The notes beneath the pieces were generated by a model that saw nothing but the letters and a program-made list of their open reading frames with translations, was not told the origin of the DNA and did not search any database. The translations under genes and the position numbers were made by a program. A stretch of DNA of 64,000 nucleotides. It comes from Dendrobates tinctorius. Taxonomy: Eukaryota. The stretch is taken from positions 434,001 through 498,000 of the forward strand of contig NW_027361779.1 in NCBI RefSeq assembly GCF_039654945.1, given 5' to 3'. Each line of letters starts with the position of its first letter. The first letter of the stretch is position 1. This document shows positions 50,472-64,000 of the stretch, in pieces.

Positions 50472-51126
50472 TGTCAGGAACACCGCACTGCACTTGCTCA
50501 CTGAGCCAGAGCGCGTGTCCTGAGTACAAAGACTGTGCACAAAGATACCTGCGGAGCGGGCAGCAGTGGTGACAATGCATGCTCCAGGACCTGAATCACA
50601 TGACTTCTGGGGGCGTGGCCTAAGCTACATGGAGCTAGGAGCTGCAGGGAAACTCCTAGAAAGGTAACTGCAAGGACAATGTTACCAAGGGGCATAGACA
50701 GAGACAGAAACCAGATCAAGCCGAGGTCAAAGCACGAGATAACAATACAGTACCAAAGGATTAGACAGAATGGATAGTCAGGACGTAGCAATAGATCAGA
50801 AAACCAGAACAGGCATAAGACGGTACAATAGGGGTAAACTGTAACGGAGTAACAATAGCCAAGCCAGGAGGTCAGAACCAGAAAAGACAATGGTACCAAA
50901 ATGAGAGACGGAGTACAGAGTGAAGGAACAAGCCGGGTCATACACGGGAAGCAAACAAACAACGCAGAGTACACGCACACCAGGGGTCAGACACACCAGA
51001 ACAGCAGTATAACTGACAAAGAATGCTAGTTTGGAGTGAGTATAAATACCCCTCCCAGATCCAAAGAGAGGCCGGCAAAAGTTAACCCTGTGAGAAAAGG
51101 ACATTAACCATGTCCTAACCATGACA
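50472..51126. mobile_element. Solo LTR (Gypsy-like)
   Basis: TGTCA...TGACA termini; 5-bp TSD ATAAC (50467-50471, 51127-51131). Confidence 0.88.
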
Positions 51127-51986
51127 ATAACATTTGCTTGCTTCCTCATCTTTCCCTTGCTTGTTGTCACTTCTGTGCAGTACCCGCCCAGACCGGACAA
51201 TCTCAGACTGCTTCCCAGTTCCTTCCTGGACTGACCTTGCTATAATGACATTTCCTTCAGCCTGTTTTGTCCCAGACACGAATTCATCAGTCACCACGTT
51301 TGGTGGCCCCTGGTAAAGCATCCGGCATGTCTGTACTGATCTCATCGAAGCTCCAACTCCCTCCATCTCTTTAGTCCAGCCAGCTTCTTCCCTAAAAGCA
51401 TTGGCCCAGGCGATGAGACGCCACATCTTTCCTTTCCTGTTCTGGCACACTGCTAAGACACGCAGTGGCCGTGAGTAATGTAGGCTATAACTATTTAACG
51501 TTACGTGGCTGCTGAGCTGTCCGGGCCTATAGCCCATGTGGACACTCAGGCGCCCAGGCCCCGTCTCACTAAACTGCTCTTCAGCACTAACCTTAACTCC
51601 CACCAGCCCCTCTTACAATTAACCCACTATGAACATCCTATCAGGCCCCACTAGTATGCCCTCATCTAGTGACCCGCAACATAATTACATCTACCCTGTC
51701 TATGGGGAACTATGTACTAAGAGTGTTCTCCTCTAATGTCCCAAGAAGAATGCGCTAGCTTACCCTAACTATACATAAACAACAGACACATGATATTATA
51801 CAATACACAATGGTAACACATACATGTGGCAATACCATAATACATATTTCTATGTAGCAGTACCACAGGCATTAATCAGAAAAACTATAATACAGAAATA
51901 TATACATAGTAACATAGGAGGGATAACTCTGAGGGAAGGGAATAAGAAAACATCACATTTCACTTCCTTACAGGAGGGCTAAATAG

Positions 51987-52440
51987 TAGAGATGAACGAC
52001 TTTGCCTTTTTTAGGGTCGAGTCGGGTTTCATGAAACCCGACTTTCTCAAAAGTTGAGTCGAACGAAATCGGCTGACTATCATGAAAAGTCGAAGGTCCG
52101 ACTGAAACACGAAACCCAATGCAAGTCGATGGGGAAGCAAAGTCGGCAGGGAGTGGAGGACAGTAAACGCACCTACATGCTGGACCACTTTTTTAAAGTG
52201 CACGAAAACTCTCTCTCTCTCCCCGGATGCTGCACATGTCATCTCGTTGCCCACAGTGTACGTCCTTGCTCACTGGCTGAAAAAAGTCACATGCAAGCAT
52301 TCTGGGAAATCCGACTTTGGTGCTCGTTTTGCCAACCTCATGGCCGACTTCACACTGTGGTCGGGTTTCGGTCGGCGAAACCCGACTTTGCCATAAGTCG
52401 GCGACTTATAAATCTGGCCGACCTGTTTCGCTCAACTCTA
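51987..52440. mobile_element. hAT-type MITE
   Basis: TIR TAGAGATGAACGA / TCGCTCAACTCTA; degenerate 8-bp flanks CTAAATAG / CTAGGGAG. Confidence 0.7.
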
Positions 52441-53631
52441 CTAGGGAGGACAGGAAAATCACTGAAATGGATGTAAGCAGTGCTCAAATGGAATGGGAAC
52501 AGAATGGGGAAGACACCTGGACGAATTTCTGACTCTCAGGTCTCTGCTGTAAACAATGATATCACAGTATTACTTCACTTTTACGGACTGACAATATAAC
52601 ATAGAAAACAGAAGGTAAAATGGATTTTACAAGATCAAATGTAAAGAAACATTCTTTCCTGTATAATGATTTGTATATTAAGCAAAATTAAAAAAAAGAA
52701 AAAAACAAACAAACCACAAAAACCTCCTCTTCCACCCCTTAAAGCGGGGCCATCTCTAACCGTATTTCCCCGTCACCTATAACTACAGTACATGACATTG
52801 AAGAGGAGAAAACTACACCCACCGATTAACTGGTTCATTCCTGCCCTATAAATTGAATAAGATATTCCAAAAAGACATTTTCAATTCATCACCTGTATAT
52901 ACAACAATATGCCTCAATAATATATGCAATAGAGACGATTCCTTGATTTAAATGAAACAACAAGAGAAACATAGAGTCAAAAGCTATTTTGACTAAGGAT
53001 AAGCTTTTATTGTAGCAAAAAAGACACATGTGAGAAGACAAGACAAGTTAATTTGTCAATAGATAAGGCATCATTAGTTAAGTAACCCAGAACCAATAAA
53101 AAAGAAAACAGACCAGTACATGAGCAGTAATTATAATATCCGAATGGATAGCCTAATGAGGGATGATTAAATCAGAGGTACATGAATGTACCAGAGCTGG
53201 ACATATATCCTAAAAAGATGACAGAATGATCCCATACTTGTAAACAATTATATAAGTTATTGCACTTAGCCCACTGTTTTGCCAAACTTAAATACCGTAG
53301 TTATCATAGTGGGGATGGCTGGAATAGATGTTAAAGGACCCCAAAAAATATTTGTATATGCAAAGTTGCCTGCACGGGTTCCAACACATCCAGGATAGCC
53401 AAAAGCTCCACCATGAAGATATCAGGTCATGCAAAATGTACATTCATGAAGGACGGAGTGCACATCATAAAAAGAGGTGATGTTCACAAGGAGGGATAAA
53501 TAAAGTTGAAACTGTGCTAAGTAAACATCAAAAACAGCTCAAAAAAGCGGTAATAACATACCCATCATGGCTTGGTAATAGACATATGCTGGTCAGGATA
53601 CCCCAACGCGCGTTTCGCAGTTTTGAATACC

Positions 53632-53678
53632 TCCCCCCAAGGAAGCGGTATTCAAAACCGCGAAACGCGCGTTGGGGT
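53632..53678 (+). ncRNA. Degenerate minimal hammerhead ribozyme
   Basis: CCCC-CCAAGGA-AGCGGT-ATTCAAA-ACCGC-GAAAC-GCGC-GTT-GGGG; topology intact but CUGANGA core and GUC triplet are mutated. Confidence 0.6.
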
Positions 53679-54965
53679 ATCCTGACCAGCATATGTCTAT
53701 TACCAAGCCATGATGGGTATGTTATTACTGCTTTTTTTAGCTGTTTTTGATGTTTACTTAGCACAGTTTCAACGTTATTTACCCCTCCTTGTGAACATCA
53801 CCACTTTTTATGATGTGCACTCCGTCCTTTATGAATGTACATTTTGCATGACCTGATATCTTCATGGTGGAGCTTTTGGCTATCCTGGATGTGTTGGAAC
53901 CCGTGCAGGCAACTTTGCATATGCAAATATTTTTTGGGGTCCTTTAACATCTATGCCAGCCATCCCACTATGATAACTATTTAAGCTTGGCAAAACAGTG
54001 GGCTAAGTGCAATAACTTAAATAATTGTTTACAAGTATGGGATCATTCTGTCATCTTTTTAGGATATATGTCCAGCTCTGGTACATTCATGTACCTCTGA
54101 TTTAATCATCCCTCATTAGTAGTGTTGAGCATTCCGATACTGCAAATATCGGGTATTGGCCGATATTCGCTGTATTGGAGTTCCGATACCGAGTACCGAT
54201 ATTTTTACAATATCAAATACCGGAATTGGAAGTTCCCATAATGCAATGAGCCAGTTGGGTTAGCCATGTTAACTAATGGCATGGCTGTGATTGGCTGCTG
54301 AAATGATGTCATCATGATGCGCGGTCTGTGCAGGCCTGCCGGGGGTCTGTGCGGGCCTGCCTGGGGTCTGTACGGGCCTGCCGGGGGTCTGTGCGGGCCT
54401 GCCGGGGGTCTGTGTGGGCCTGCCGGGGGTCTGTGTGGGCTGCCGGGGGTCTGTACGGGCCTGCCGGGGGTCTGTGCGGGCCTGCCGGGGGTCTGTGCGG
54501 GCCTGCCGGGGGTCTGTGCGGCTGCCGGGGGTCTGCACGGGCCTGCTGGGGGTCTGTGCGGGCTGCTGGGGGTCTGTGCAGGCTGCCGGGGGTCTGTGCA
54601 GGCTGCCGGGGGTCTGTGCGGGACTGCCGGGGGTCTGTGCGGGCTGCCGGGGGTCTGTGCGGGCCTGCCGGGGGTTTGTGCGGGCCTGCCGGGGGTTGTG
54701 TGTGTGTGCAGGCATCGTCCGATGGGACTACAAGTCCCATCGGGCTATGCCTGCTACAATGACAGTGATTGACACATTAGACAATGATGGGACAGTAGTA
54801 GTCCCATCATCCGGCTAATGTGTTGAATGTAAGAAAAAAAAAAAAAACATACATACTACATACATACCACATATATACTACATTCATACAACATACATAC
54901 ATACTACATAATACATACATACTACATATATACTGCATTCATACAACATACATACATACTACATA

Positions 54966-56523
54966 CACTGTGTTCCAAATTATTATGCAAAAAATATTTC
55001 CTCATATTTTCTCTAAATTACCTATATGAATTGCAGTCATTGTTATTTTCCAGTCATCGAATATTCTAATATAATTGCAATGTTTTTGAACAAACTGCCT
55101 ATGAAAACAGTATATTTTTAAAAATAAGAAACACTCAAAATGCATGTTCCAAATTATTATGCACAGCAGAGTTTTCAACCTTTTTATTTTTATTTTGAAC
55201 AAAAAAATGGTCAATTGTGAAATTATAAGCATTATCAGCTTATTACAAAATTAAATCAAACAGTTTTCAAGTCAAAACTTTATTCTAGGTGATGTTACAT
55301 TTGCACATTGGACCCCTTGTTCGAAAGAAGCTTCTGAACTCTCTCGTCCATTGAATTTGTCAGTTTTTGGATGGTTTGTGCTTCATTTGTTTTGCATGTG
55401 GAGAGAATACCCTCCCAGAGCTGTTGCTTAGATGTGAACTGCCTCCCGCCATCATAGACACTCCTTTTGATGATGCTCCAGAGATTCTCAATGGGGTTGA
55501 GGTCAGGGGAAGATGGTGGCCACACCATAAGTTTGTCCTCTTTTATGCCCATAGCAGCCAGAGATGCAGATGTGTTATTTGCAGCATTATCATGCATGAA
55601 AATGATCTTGTTGCGGAAAGCGCGGTTCTTCCTCTTGAACCATGGCAGGAAGTGCTGTTTTAGAAACTCCACATAGATTATGGAGTTCATCTTTACCCCT
55701 TCAGGGATCCTAAAGGGGCCGACAATCTCTCTCCCCATGATTCCAGCCCAAAACATTACTCCACCTCCTCCTTGTTGGCGCCTTAGCCGTGTTTTCATGG
55801 GGTGTCCATCAACCAGCCATCCTCCACTCCATCCATCTGGACCATCGAGTGTTGCATGGCACTCATCGGTGAACAAAACAGTTTGGAAGTCAGTCTTCAT
55901 GTATCGTTTGGCCCACTGGAGCCGTTTCTGCTTGTGTGCAGTGGATAGAGGTGGTCGACAGGATGGCTTATGCACAGCTGCAAACCTCTGAAGGACCCTG
56001 CATCTTGTTGTTCGTGGGACGTTGGAGGCACCAGCAGCTTCAAAAACTTGTCTGCTGCTATGACAAGGCATTTTTGCAGCTGCTCTTTTAACCTGACGCA
56101 ATTGCCTGTTGGAAAGAGTCCTCAATTTTTCTTTATCAGCATGCACACGTGTGTGCTGGGAATCAGCTACATACTTCTTGATTGTGCGATGATCACGATG
56201 AAGTGTCTTGGCAATGTTGATTGTAGTCATGCCTTGACCTAAATACTCCACAATTTGTTGCTTCTCAGCAGCCGACACATCCTTTTTCTTTCCCCTTTTG
56301 GCAAAAAATGTAGGCTGCTTAATAATGTGGAACAGCCTTCTTAAGTAGTCTTGCCTTTATTTGGACACACCTGCCAAACTAATTTGCACAGGTATCTGCA
56401 ATTGCTTTCAGTGATATAAAGCGTCCTGACACACATCACCATCAATGAGTTTAAATGACAAACAAAAAAATTCTAACCTTATCACTCCTAAACTCTTTTT
56501 GCATAATAATTTGGAACACAGCA
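54966..56523 (-). mobile_element. Tc1 transposon; near-complete transposase (55295-~56296) lacking the start ATG and with a small deletion after the second Asp
   Basis: TIR CACTGTGTTCCAAATTATTATGCA, TA flanks; [16 protein letters not shown]. Confidence 0.9.
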
Positions 56524-58097
56524 TATATACTGCATTCATACAACATATATACATACATACATACTACATAACACATACATACTACATATATACTACATTA
56601 ATACAACATACATACATACATACTACATACATACTACATATATACTACATTCATACAACATACATACATACATACATACTACATACATATAACATGCTAC
56701 ATACATACAACATACATACAACATACATACTACATACATACTACATACATACTACATACAATACATTCTTAAATTCATTCAATACATACATATAGACATA
56801 CAGTACATATAACATAGAGTACATACTCACCATCACTTGTCACTTTGATCCCCGAAGCCAGTGTCATCTCACTGTAAAAAATATTAAAATAACAAACAAC
56901 CAATATATTCCCTGATCCGCTGAAATCCACGAGTGTCCCACGATGATCTCCTGCAGTGCATCACTGAGAGGTTACTATAGTTCACTGGTCTCACTTTATG
57001 GCAAAAGCTGCGTGGGAACTTTCTCACACAGCAATGCCAAAAGTGAGACTAGGGACTATTTTTTTACAGTGGCGGAGGAATACAGTGCGGAAGGACACCA
57101 ACCTCCCGTCATTGTTTTCCTGGAGCCCCTAGAGAGCGGTCGCATAAGCTGATGCTGCTGTTCTCCATGGGAGATCGTCGTAGGACACTCGTGGATTTCT
57201 GCGGATCAGGGAGTATATTGCTTGTTTGTTAATTTAATATCTTTTACAGATGACACTGGCTTCGGGGATCAAAGTGACAAGTGATGGTGAGTATGTACTC
57301 TCTGTTATATGTACTGTATGTCTATATGTATGTATTGTATGAATGTATGAATGTATTGTATGTAGTATGTAGTATGTATGTAGTATATATTATGTATGTT
57401 GTATGTCTGTAGCATGTTTTATGTATGTTGTATGTCTGTAGTATGTATGTAGTATGTACTATGTATGTATGTATGTTGTATGATTGTAGTATATATGTAG
57501 TATGTATGTAGTATGTATGTATGTATGTTGTATGAATGTAGTATATATGTAGTATGTATGTAGTATGTATGTTTTATGAATGTAGAATATATGAAGTATG
57601 TATGTAGTATGTATGTATGTTGTATATATTTAGTATGTATGTATGTATGTTGTATGAATGTAGTATATAAGTAGTATGCATGTATTATGTAGTATGTATG
57701 CATGTTGTATGAATGTAGTATATATGTAGCATGTATGTAGTATGTATGTATGTATGTTGTATGAATGTAGTATGTATGTATGTTGTATGAATGTAGTATA
57801 TATGAAGTATGTATGTAGTATGTATGTTGTATATATGTAGTATGTATGTAGCATGTATGTATGTTGTATGAATGTAGTATATATGTATTAATTTATGTTG
57901 TATGAATGTAGTATATATGTAGTATGTATGTAGTATGTATGTATGCTGTATGAATGTAGTATATATGAAGTATGTATGTAGTGTGTAGTATGTATGTATG
58001 TTGTATGAATGTAGTATATATGTATTATGTATGTTGTATGAATGTAGTATATATGAAGTATGTATGTAGTATGTATGTTGTATGAATGTAGTATATA

Positions 58098-58996
58098 CAC
58101 TCACTGGCCACTTTATTAGGTACACCATGCTAGTAACGGGTTGGACCCCCTTTTGCCTTCAGAACTGCCTCAATTCTTCGTGGCAGAGATTCAACAAGGT
58201 GCTGGAAGCATTCCTCAGAGATTTTGGACCATATTGACATGATGGCATCACACAGTTGGCGCAGATTTGTCGGCTGCACATCCCTGATGCGAATCTCCCG
58301 TTCCACCACATCCCAAAGATGCTCTATTGGATTGAGATCTGGTGACTGAGGAGGCCATTTGAGTACAGTGAACTCATTGTCATGTTCAAGAAACCAATCT
58401 GAGATGATTCGAGCTTTATGACATGGCACATTATCCTGCTGAAAGTAGCCATCAGATGCCTGTTCTTAGCTGAGAGGAGTGGTACCCAGTGTGGTCTTCT
58501 GCTGCTGTAGCCCATCTGCCTCAAAGTTCGACGCACTGTGCGTTCAGAGATGCTCTTCTGCCTACCTTGGTTGTAACGGGTGGCAATTTGAGTCACTGTT
58601 GCCTTTCTATCAGCTCGAACCAGTATGCCCATTCTCCTCTGACCTCTGGCATCAACAAGGCATTTCCGGCCACAGAACTGCCGCTCACTGGATTTTTTTT
58701 CTTTTTCGGACCATTCTCTGTAAACCCTAGAGATGGTTGTGCGTGAAAATCCCAGTAGATCAGCAGTTTCTGAAATACTCAGACCAGCCCTTCTGGCACC
58801 AACAATCATGCCACGTTCAAAGGCACTCAAATCACCTTTCTTCCCCATACTGATGCTCGGTTTGAACTGCAGGAGATTGTCTTGACCATGTCTACATGCC
58901 TAAATGCACTGAGTTGCCGCCATGTGATTGGCTGATTAGAAATTAAGTCTTAACACACAGTTGGACAGGTGTACCTAATAAAGTGGCCAGTGAGTG
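58098..58996 (-). mobile_element. Internally deleted Tc1 transposon
   Basis: TIR CACTCACTGGCCACTTTATTAGGTACACC, TA TSD; MGKKGDLSAFERGMIVGARR N-terminus joined to [13 protein letters not shown]-terminus. Confidence 0.93.
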
Positions 58997-60650
58997 TATG
59001 TAGTATGTATGTAGTATGTATGTATGTATGTTGTATGAATGTAGTATATATGTAGTATGTATGTAGTATGTATGTATGTATGTTGTATGAATGTAGTATG
59101 TATGTTTTTTTTTTTTTTTACATTCAACACATTAGCCGGATGATGGGACTACTACTGTCCCATCATTGGCTAATGTGTCAATCACTGTCATTGCAGCAGG
59201 CATAGCCCGATGGGACTTGTAGTCCCATCGGACGATGCCTGCACACACACACAATCCCCAGCAGGCCCGCACAGACCCCGGCAGCCCGCACATACCCCCA
59301 GCAGGCCCGTACAGACCCTCGGCAGGCCCGCACAGACCCCCGGCAGCCCGCACAGACCCCCGGCAGGCCCGCACAGACCCCCAGCAGCCCGCACAGACCC
59401 CCGGCAGGCCCGCACAGACCCCTGGCAGGCCCACACAGACCCCTGAGAGGCCCGTACAGACCCTGCCCGCACACACAGACACGCACAGTGTCCGCCCACA
59501 CACCGCCCACACTCTTCCCCCCTCCCGAACTGAATGTGCAAGTAAAGAAAGGCTTTATTTTCATTCCGATATTTGTGCCCCATTGACTTGCATGGGTTTC
59601 CGGTATCGGAATCGGCGATACCCTATACTTTTTGGGTATCGGTCCGATCCAATCCGATCCGATACTTCACGATATCTGATGGTATCGCTCAACACTACTC
59701 ATTAGGCTATCCATTCGGATATTATAATTACTGCTCATATACTGGTCTGTTCTCTTTTTTATTGGTTCTGGGTTACTTAACTAATGATACCTTATCTATC
59801 GACAAATTAACTTGTCTTGCTTTCTCACATGTGTCTTTTTTGCTACAATAAAAGCTTAACTTTAGTCTAATAGCTTTGGACTCTATTTTTCTCTTGTTGT
59901 TTCATTCTGCCCTATGAATTGTAGGCTTTTTTGCCCAGGAGAGGTGACAAATCAGGACAAGGACCAAACTTTGAAGGATGCCTTGACATTGGCAGTTGGG
60001 CTCACATACATTGTCAAATCTATGCGCTAAGTATCTTCTTTTTTAAGGTAAATTTTTATAGTAACTTTGTAGATGAATATTTCATAAATACATTATCTAG
60101 CGTTTTTCCCATTTTCTATAGCAGGAATGCAGCTTTAATGTTCTAGAGTAATCATAGCGTAATTTGTGGTGCAACCCTATAATTTTTCAAGCTACACCCA
60201 CTAGTAGTCACCTGTAAATGTAATTTTACCATTTTACTACCTTATATGGGCATGTGGTGTGTGTGACATTGTCAGACACATCCTGTTAAATTTATGAAAG
60301 AGAGACTATAAAATTCACAAAGCCTATGCGGACAATGCAATAGCTGACAAAAATTAGAAGGAAAAGGGACTCTGATACACCATGTGATATACATAAAGGA
60401 AGGCCTCATGTACATTCTGTTAAAATTGTTAGGTAGTGACACTTCTAGACTCATAAAGCCTATGCGCTAATTGCGAGGGCTGCCAAAAATTAGGAGAGAC
60501 TGCAATTCACCCCGGAAGACATGTAAAGGAGGGCCTCAAAAAATATTTTTTGCCCATTTTTAAGGAGTGGGACTGCTATACTGGTAAAGTCTATGCATTA
60601 AGTGCAAGGGCTAGAAAACATTTACCCCTGTGTGGTATGTATATATATAT

Positions 60651-62211
60651 AAATGGAACACTCAAATAACACATCCTAGATCTGAATGAATTAAATATTA
60701 TCTTTGAATACTTTGTCCTGCAGAAAGTTGAATGTGCTGACAACAAAGTCACACAAGAATCATCAATGGAAATCACATTTCTTAACCAATGGAGGCCTGG
60801 ATTTGGAGTCCCCCCAAAAAAATTAAAGTGGAAAAACACACTACAGGCTGATCCAACTTTGTTGTAATGTCCTTAAAACAAATCAAAATGAGGCGCAGTA
60901 TTGTGTGTGGCCTCCAAGTGCCTGTATGACCTCCCTACAATGCCTGGGCATACTCCTGATGAGGTTGCGGATGGTCTCCTGTGGGTTTTCCTCTCAAACC
61001 TGGAATAAAGCATCCGACAACTCCTGGACAGTCTGTGGTGAAACGTGACATTGGTGGATGGAGCGAGACATGATGTCCCAGATGTGGTCAATCGGATTCA
61101 GGTCTGGGGAACGGGCCGGCCAGTCCATAGCTTCAATTCCTTCATCTTGAAGGAACTGCTGACACACTCCAACCACATGAGGTCTGGCATTGTCCTGCAT
61201 TAGGAGGAACCCAGGGCCAACCGCACCAGCATATGGTCTCACAAGGGGTCTGAGGATCTCATCTCGGTACCTAATGGCAGTCAGGCTACCTCTGGTGAGC
61301 ACATGGAGGGCTGTGCAGCCCTCCAAAGAAATGCCACCCCACACCATTACTGACCCAATGCCAAACCGGTCATGCTGAAGGATGTTGCAGACAGAAGATC
61401 ACTCTCCACGGTGTTTCCAGACTGTGTCACGTCTGTCACATGTGCTCAGTGTGAACCTGCTTTCATCTGTGAAAAGAACAGGGCGGAAGTGGCGACTTTG
61501 CCAATCCTGGTGTTCTGTGGCAAATTCCAGGGGTCCTACATGGTGTTGCGCTGTGAGCACAACCCCATCTGTGGACATCAGGCCCTCAGACCATCCTCAT
61601 GGAGTCGTTTTCTAACCGTTTGTACAGACACATGCACATTTGTGGCCTACTGGAGGTCATTTTGCAGGGCTCTGGCAGTGCTCCTCCTGTTCCTCCTTGC
61701 ACAAAGGCGGACATCCTGCTGCTGTATTGTTGCCCTCCTCCAGCCCCCTCCATGTCTTCTGGTGTACTGGCCTGTCTCCTGGTAGCGCCTCCAGCCTCTG
61801 GACACTACGCTGACAGACACAGCAAACCTTCCTGCCACAGCTCACATTGATGTGCCATCCTGGATGAGCTGCACTATCTGAGCAACTTCTGTGGGTTGTA
61901 GAGTCTGTCTCATGCTACCACGAGTGTGAAAGCACAACCAACATTCAAAACTGACCAAAACATCAGCCAGAAAGCATTGTTACTGAGATGTGGTTTGTGG
62001 TCCCCACCTGCAGAAACACTCCTTTATTGAGTGGGTCTTGATAATTGCCACTAATTTCCATCTATTGTCTATTCCATTTGCACAACAGCATGTGAAATTG
62101 ATTGTCAATCAGTGTTGCTTCCTAAGTGGACAGTTTGATTTCACAGAAGTTTGATTTACTTGGAGTTATATTCTGTTGTTTAAGTGTTTACTTTATTTTT
62201 TTTGAGCAGTG
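60651..62211 (-). mobile_element. Tc1 transposon, defective, left TIR truncated
   Basis: MVWGGIS, MQDNARPH, WPARSPDLNPI fragments; right end TTTGAGCAGTG-TA. Confidence 0.88.
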
Positions 62212-62569
62212 TATCTATACACAGTTGTGCTCAAAATGCACACCCTGAAAAATTGAAGAGCGCGTGCTGCATGAAATTTTGAGTAAGGGCCACCTGATGA
62301 CCCTATAAAGATTTTGAGTGAGGGCCGCCTGATGACCCTGTTGATATAGTGAAAGAGGAGGAGGACAAGAAAAAGAAGAAAACATGAACCGCATACCCTA
62401 GTTTGGGTGGGAGGTGGGGCATGGGAATACACCTGAAAGAAAAGCAGCATTTAAATAAACGTTATGTTCCCCTGCTGTCATCCCGTTGGGTTGAGAAGTC
62501 TGGGCCATTCCAGGCCTTATTCATTTTGATAAGAGTCAGCTTGTCAGCATTTTTCAGTTGACAGGCAGA

Positions 62570-64000
62570 TGTGCCTGTCAGGGAAATTATTATTGTTGAT
62601 ATAGTCGGTAAATTCGACGTCCTCCTCCTGTGTACCCCTCCATACTAGGAGGAGGTCGTCAATGAAGCGACTATACCAAACAATGTGCTGACTGTGGATG
62701 TTTTTGTCATCATAAAGGAAAAGCTCCTCACATCTTGACATTACAATATTAGCTATTGACGGCGAGAATTTGACCCCCATACTCACTTCATTTTTCGGCA
62801 AGAAAAATCTTTTGTCAAAGCTGAAATAATTGTGGTATAAAAGAAAGTTAACATCAGAAATTAAAAAGTCCTTGATCCTTGCATCATAATTTCTGAAGTT
62901 ATCCAGATAATATGACAAATGAGATAGGGCAATAGGATGTGGGATGGAAGGATACAGTCCCACTACTTCACATGAGAGCCAAGAAAAATTATTAGACCAA
63001 AAAAAATTGTTAGCGATAGTAGTAATGTATTTGGAGTCTTTAACATAACTAGGGGTTTCATGGACCAGGGGTTGTAGGTAATGATCCACCCATGCACCAA
63101 GTCTTTCATCTAGGGAGCCAATACTGCTACTATTGGTCTTAAAGCTGGAGGAAAGCAATCCTTATGGATCTTTGGAAATGAATGGTATATCGGTATAACT
63201 GGATGGTCATTATGAAGATATTCTGCTATTTTTTTATTTATAGCTCCGGTATGCAATCCTTCTTGTAAGAGGTTATATAAGATACTGTTGTATTCGGCAG
63301 TATTATCCGTTTTTAATTCTTTATATATATCCGTGTTTTCTAAGGCCATTAGATTAAGTTTTTTTGTATAATCCTGCGTTAACAGCCTAATAGTGCCTCG
63401 TTTGTCTGCTCTCTGTACCAAAAGGTCATGGTTGTTCTTAATCTCTTTAATGAAGCATTCTTCTGTATACAGTATGTTAGGGTACCGTTACACCTAGCGA
63501 TGCACCAGCGATCCCAACCAGCGATATGACGCGGTCAGGATCGCTGGTGCATCGCTAGGTGGTCGCTAGTGAGCTGCCACACAGGCAGATCTCACCAGCG
63601 ACATCGCTGGGGACGGGGATCGCTACTTACCTGTCAGACGCGGCGATCCTGCATCCTCCCACCCAGCTCCACACGTCGCTCGTCGGCGCCACAGGAAGCG
63701 CCGCAGGAAGTGGCCGACGAGGAATGGTCCAGGAGTTTCTCGCGCGATCAGCGATAACCAGCGGGGGAGCCGGTCGCAGGTAAGTATCACATGCAGCGAT
63801 ATCGCTAGCAATATCGCTGCTACGTCACAAAATCGGTGACTTTACAGCGATATTGCTAGCGATTTCGCAGTGTGTAACGGGGGCTTTAAATTGGAACACC
63901 GGTCCTGAGCTTCTGTTGTTTGCTCATTTAATTCTATGAAGTCTTTTTCCATAAGGTCCTGTAATTGGTCCAATACCTATGGTCAGGATTGAAGGGGATA
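62570..64000 (-). pseudogene. Decayed Penelope-like RT of a different family, split by a MITE
   Basis: RADKRG, PKIHK..PPALRPIVA, LYPSIPH, SMG..FSPSIAN, YSRFIDD. Confidence 0.8.
63480..63885. mobile_element. PIF/Harbinger-type MITE, same family as 1447-1842
   Basis: TIR GGGTACCGTTACAC / GTGTAACGGGGGCT; TTA TSD. Confidence 0.85.

Larger units (their letters stand above)
54120..59697. mobile_element. Non-autonomous hAT element, complete, internally palindromic, containing two Tc1 insertions
   Basis: TIR TAGTGTTGAGC / GCTCAACACTA; 8-bp TSD CTCATTAG (54112-54119, 59698-59705). Confidence 0.93.
52856..59906. mobile_element. Non-coding fold-back Penelope-type element (~680-bp arms), right arm split by a hAT element
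   Basis: Arms 52951-53631 vs 53647-54119 plus 59706-59906; 15-bp direct repeat CTGCCCTAT(A/G)AATTG at 52841-52855 and 59907-59921; hammerhead-like motif at the axis. Confidence 0.8.

Noticed and set aside
51115-51603. 162-aa minus-strand ORF, possibly a CR1 ORF1 remnant
   Set aside because: No diagnostic motif could be confirmed by eye.
53514-53764. Two nearly identical 78-aa ORFs on opposite strands
   Set aside because: Artefact of the DNA palindrome; no coding signal.

Overview
Repeat-saturated vertebrate genomic DNA with no recognisable host gene. The repeat families (Tc1, Kolobok/T2-type, piggyBac, Harbinger and hAT MITEs, L2, L1, Gypsy, a class I ERV and Penelope) look like an anuran amphibian; this is inference. 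The window is a stack of nested mobile elements. In order: a deleted Gypsy element (89-1891); a Chapaev3-like transposon split by L1 and piggyBac insertions (2265-10890); a Gmr1-like Gypsy remnant; an L2 LINE; a Harbinger-type MITE swollen to 14 kb by an internal 38-bp satellite plus nested inserts (17635-31732); a complete but decayed env-bearing ERV with both LTRs (34394-46756); five Tc1 elements (one with an intact 340-aa DD34E ORF); and two internally palindromic hAT MITEs. The most interesting object is an ~8-kb fold-back Penelope-like retroelement (18770-26750) bounded by one 12-14-bp target-site duplication. Its right arm has an intact 779-aa RT/GIY-YIG ORF, and each arm has a minimal hammerhead ribozyme followed by an ATG micro-exon and a splice donor. 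An upstream coiled-coil-like ORF1 joins the RT frame through an HIV-type U_UUU_UUA slippery site followed by a predicted pseudoknot, i.e. a candidate -1 programmed ribosomal frameshift. A second, non-coding fold-back element with the same asymmetric architecture (52856-59906) turns at its hammerhead, and a third, older inverted repeat flanks the ERV. All alignments and counts were done by eye.
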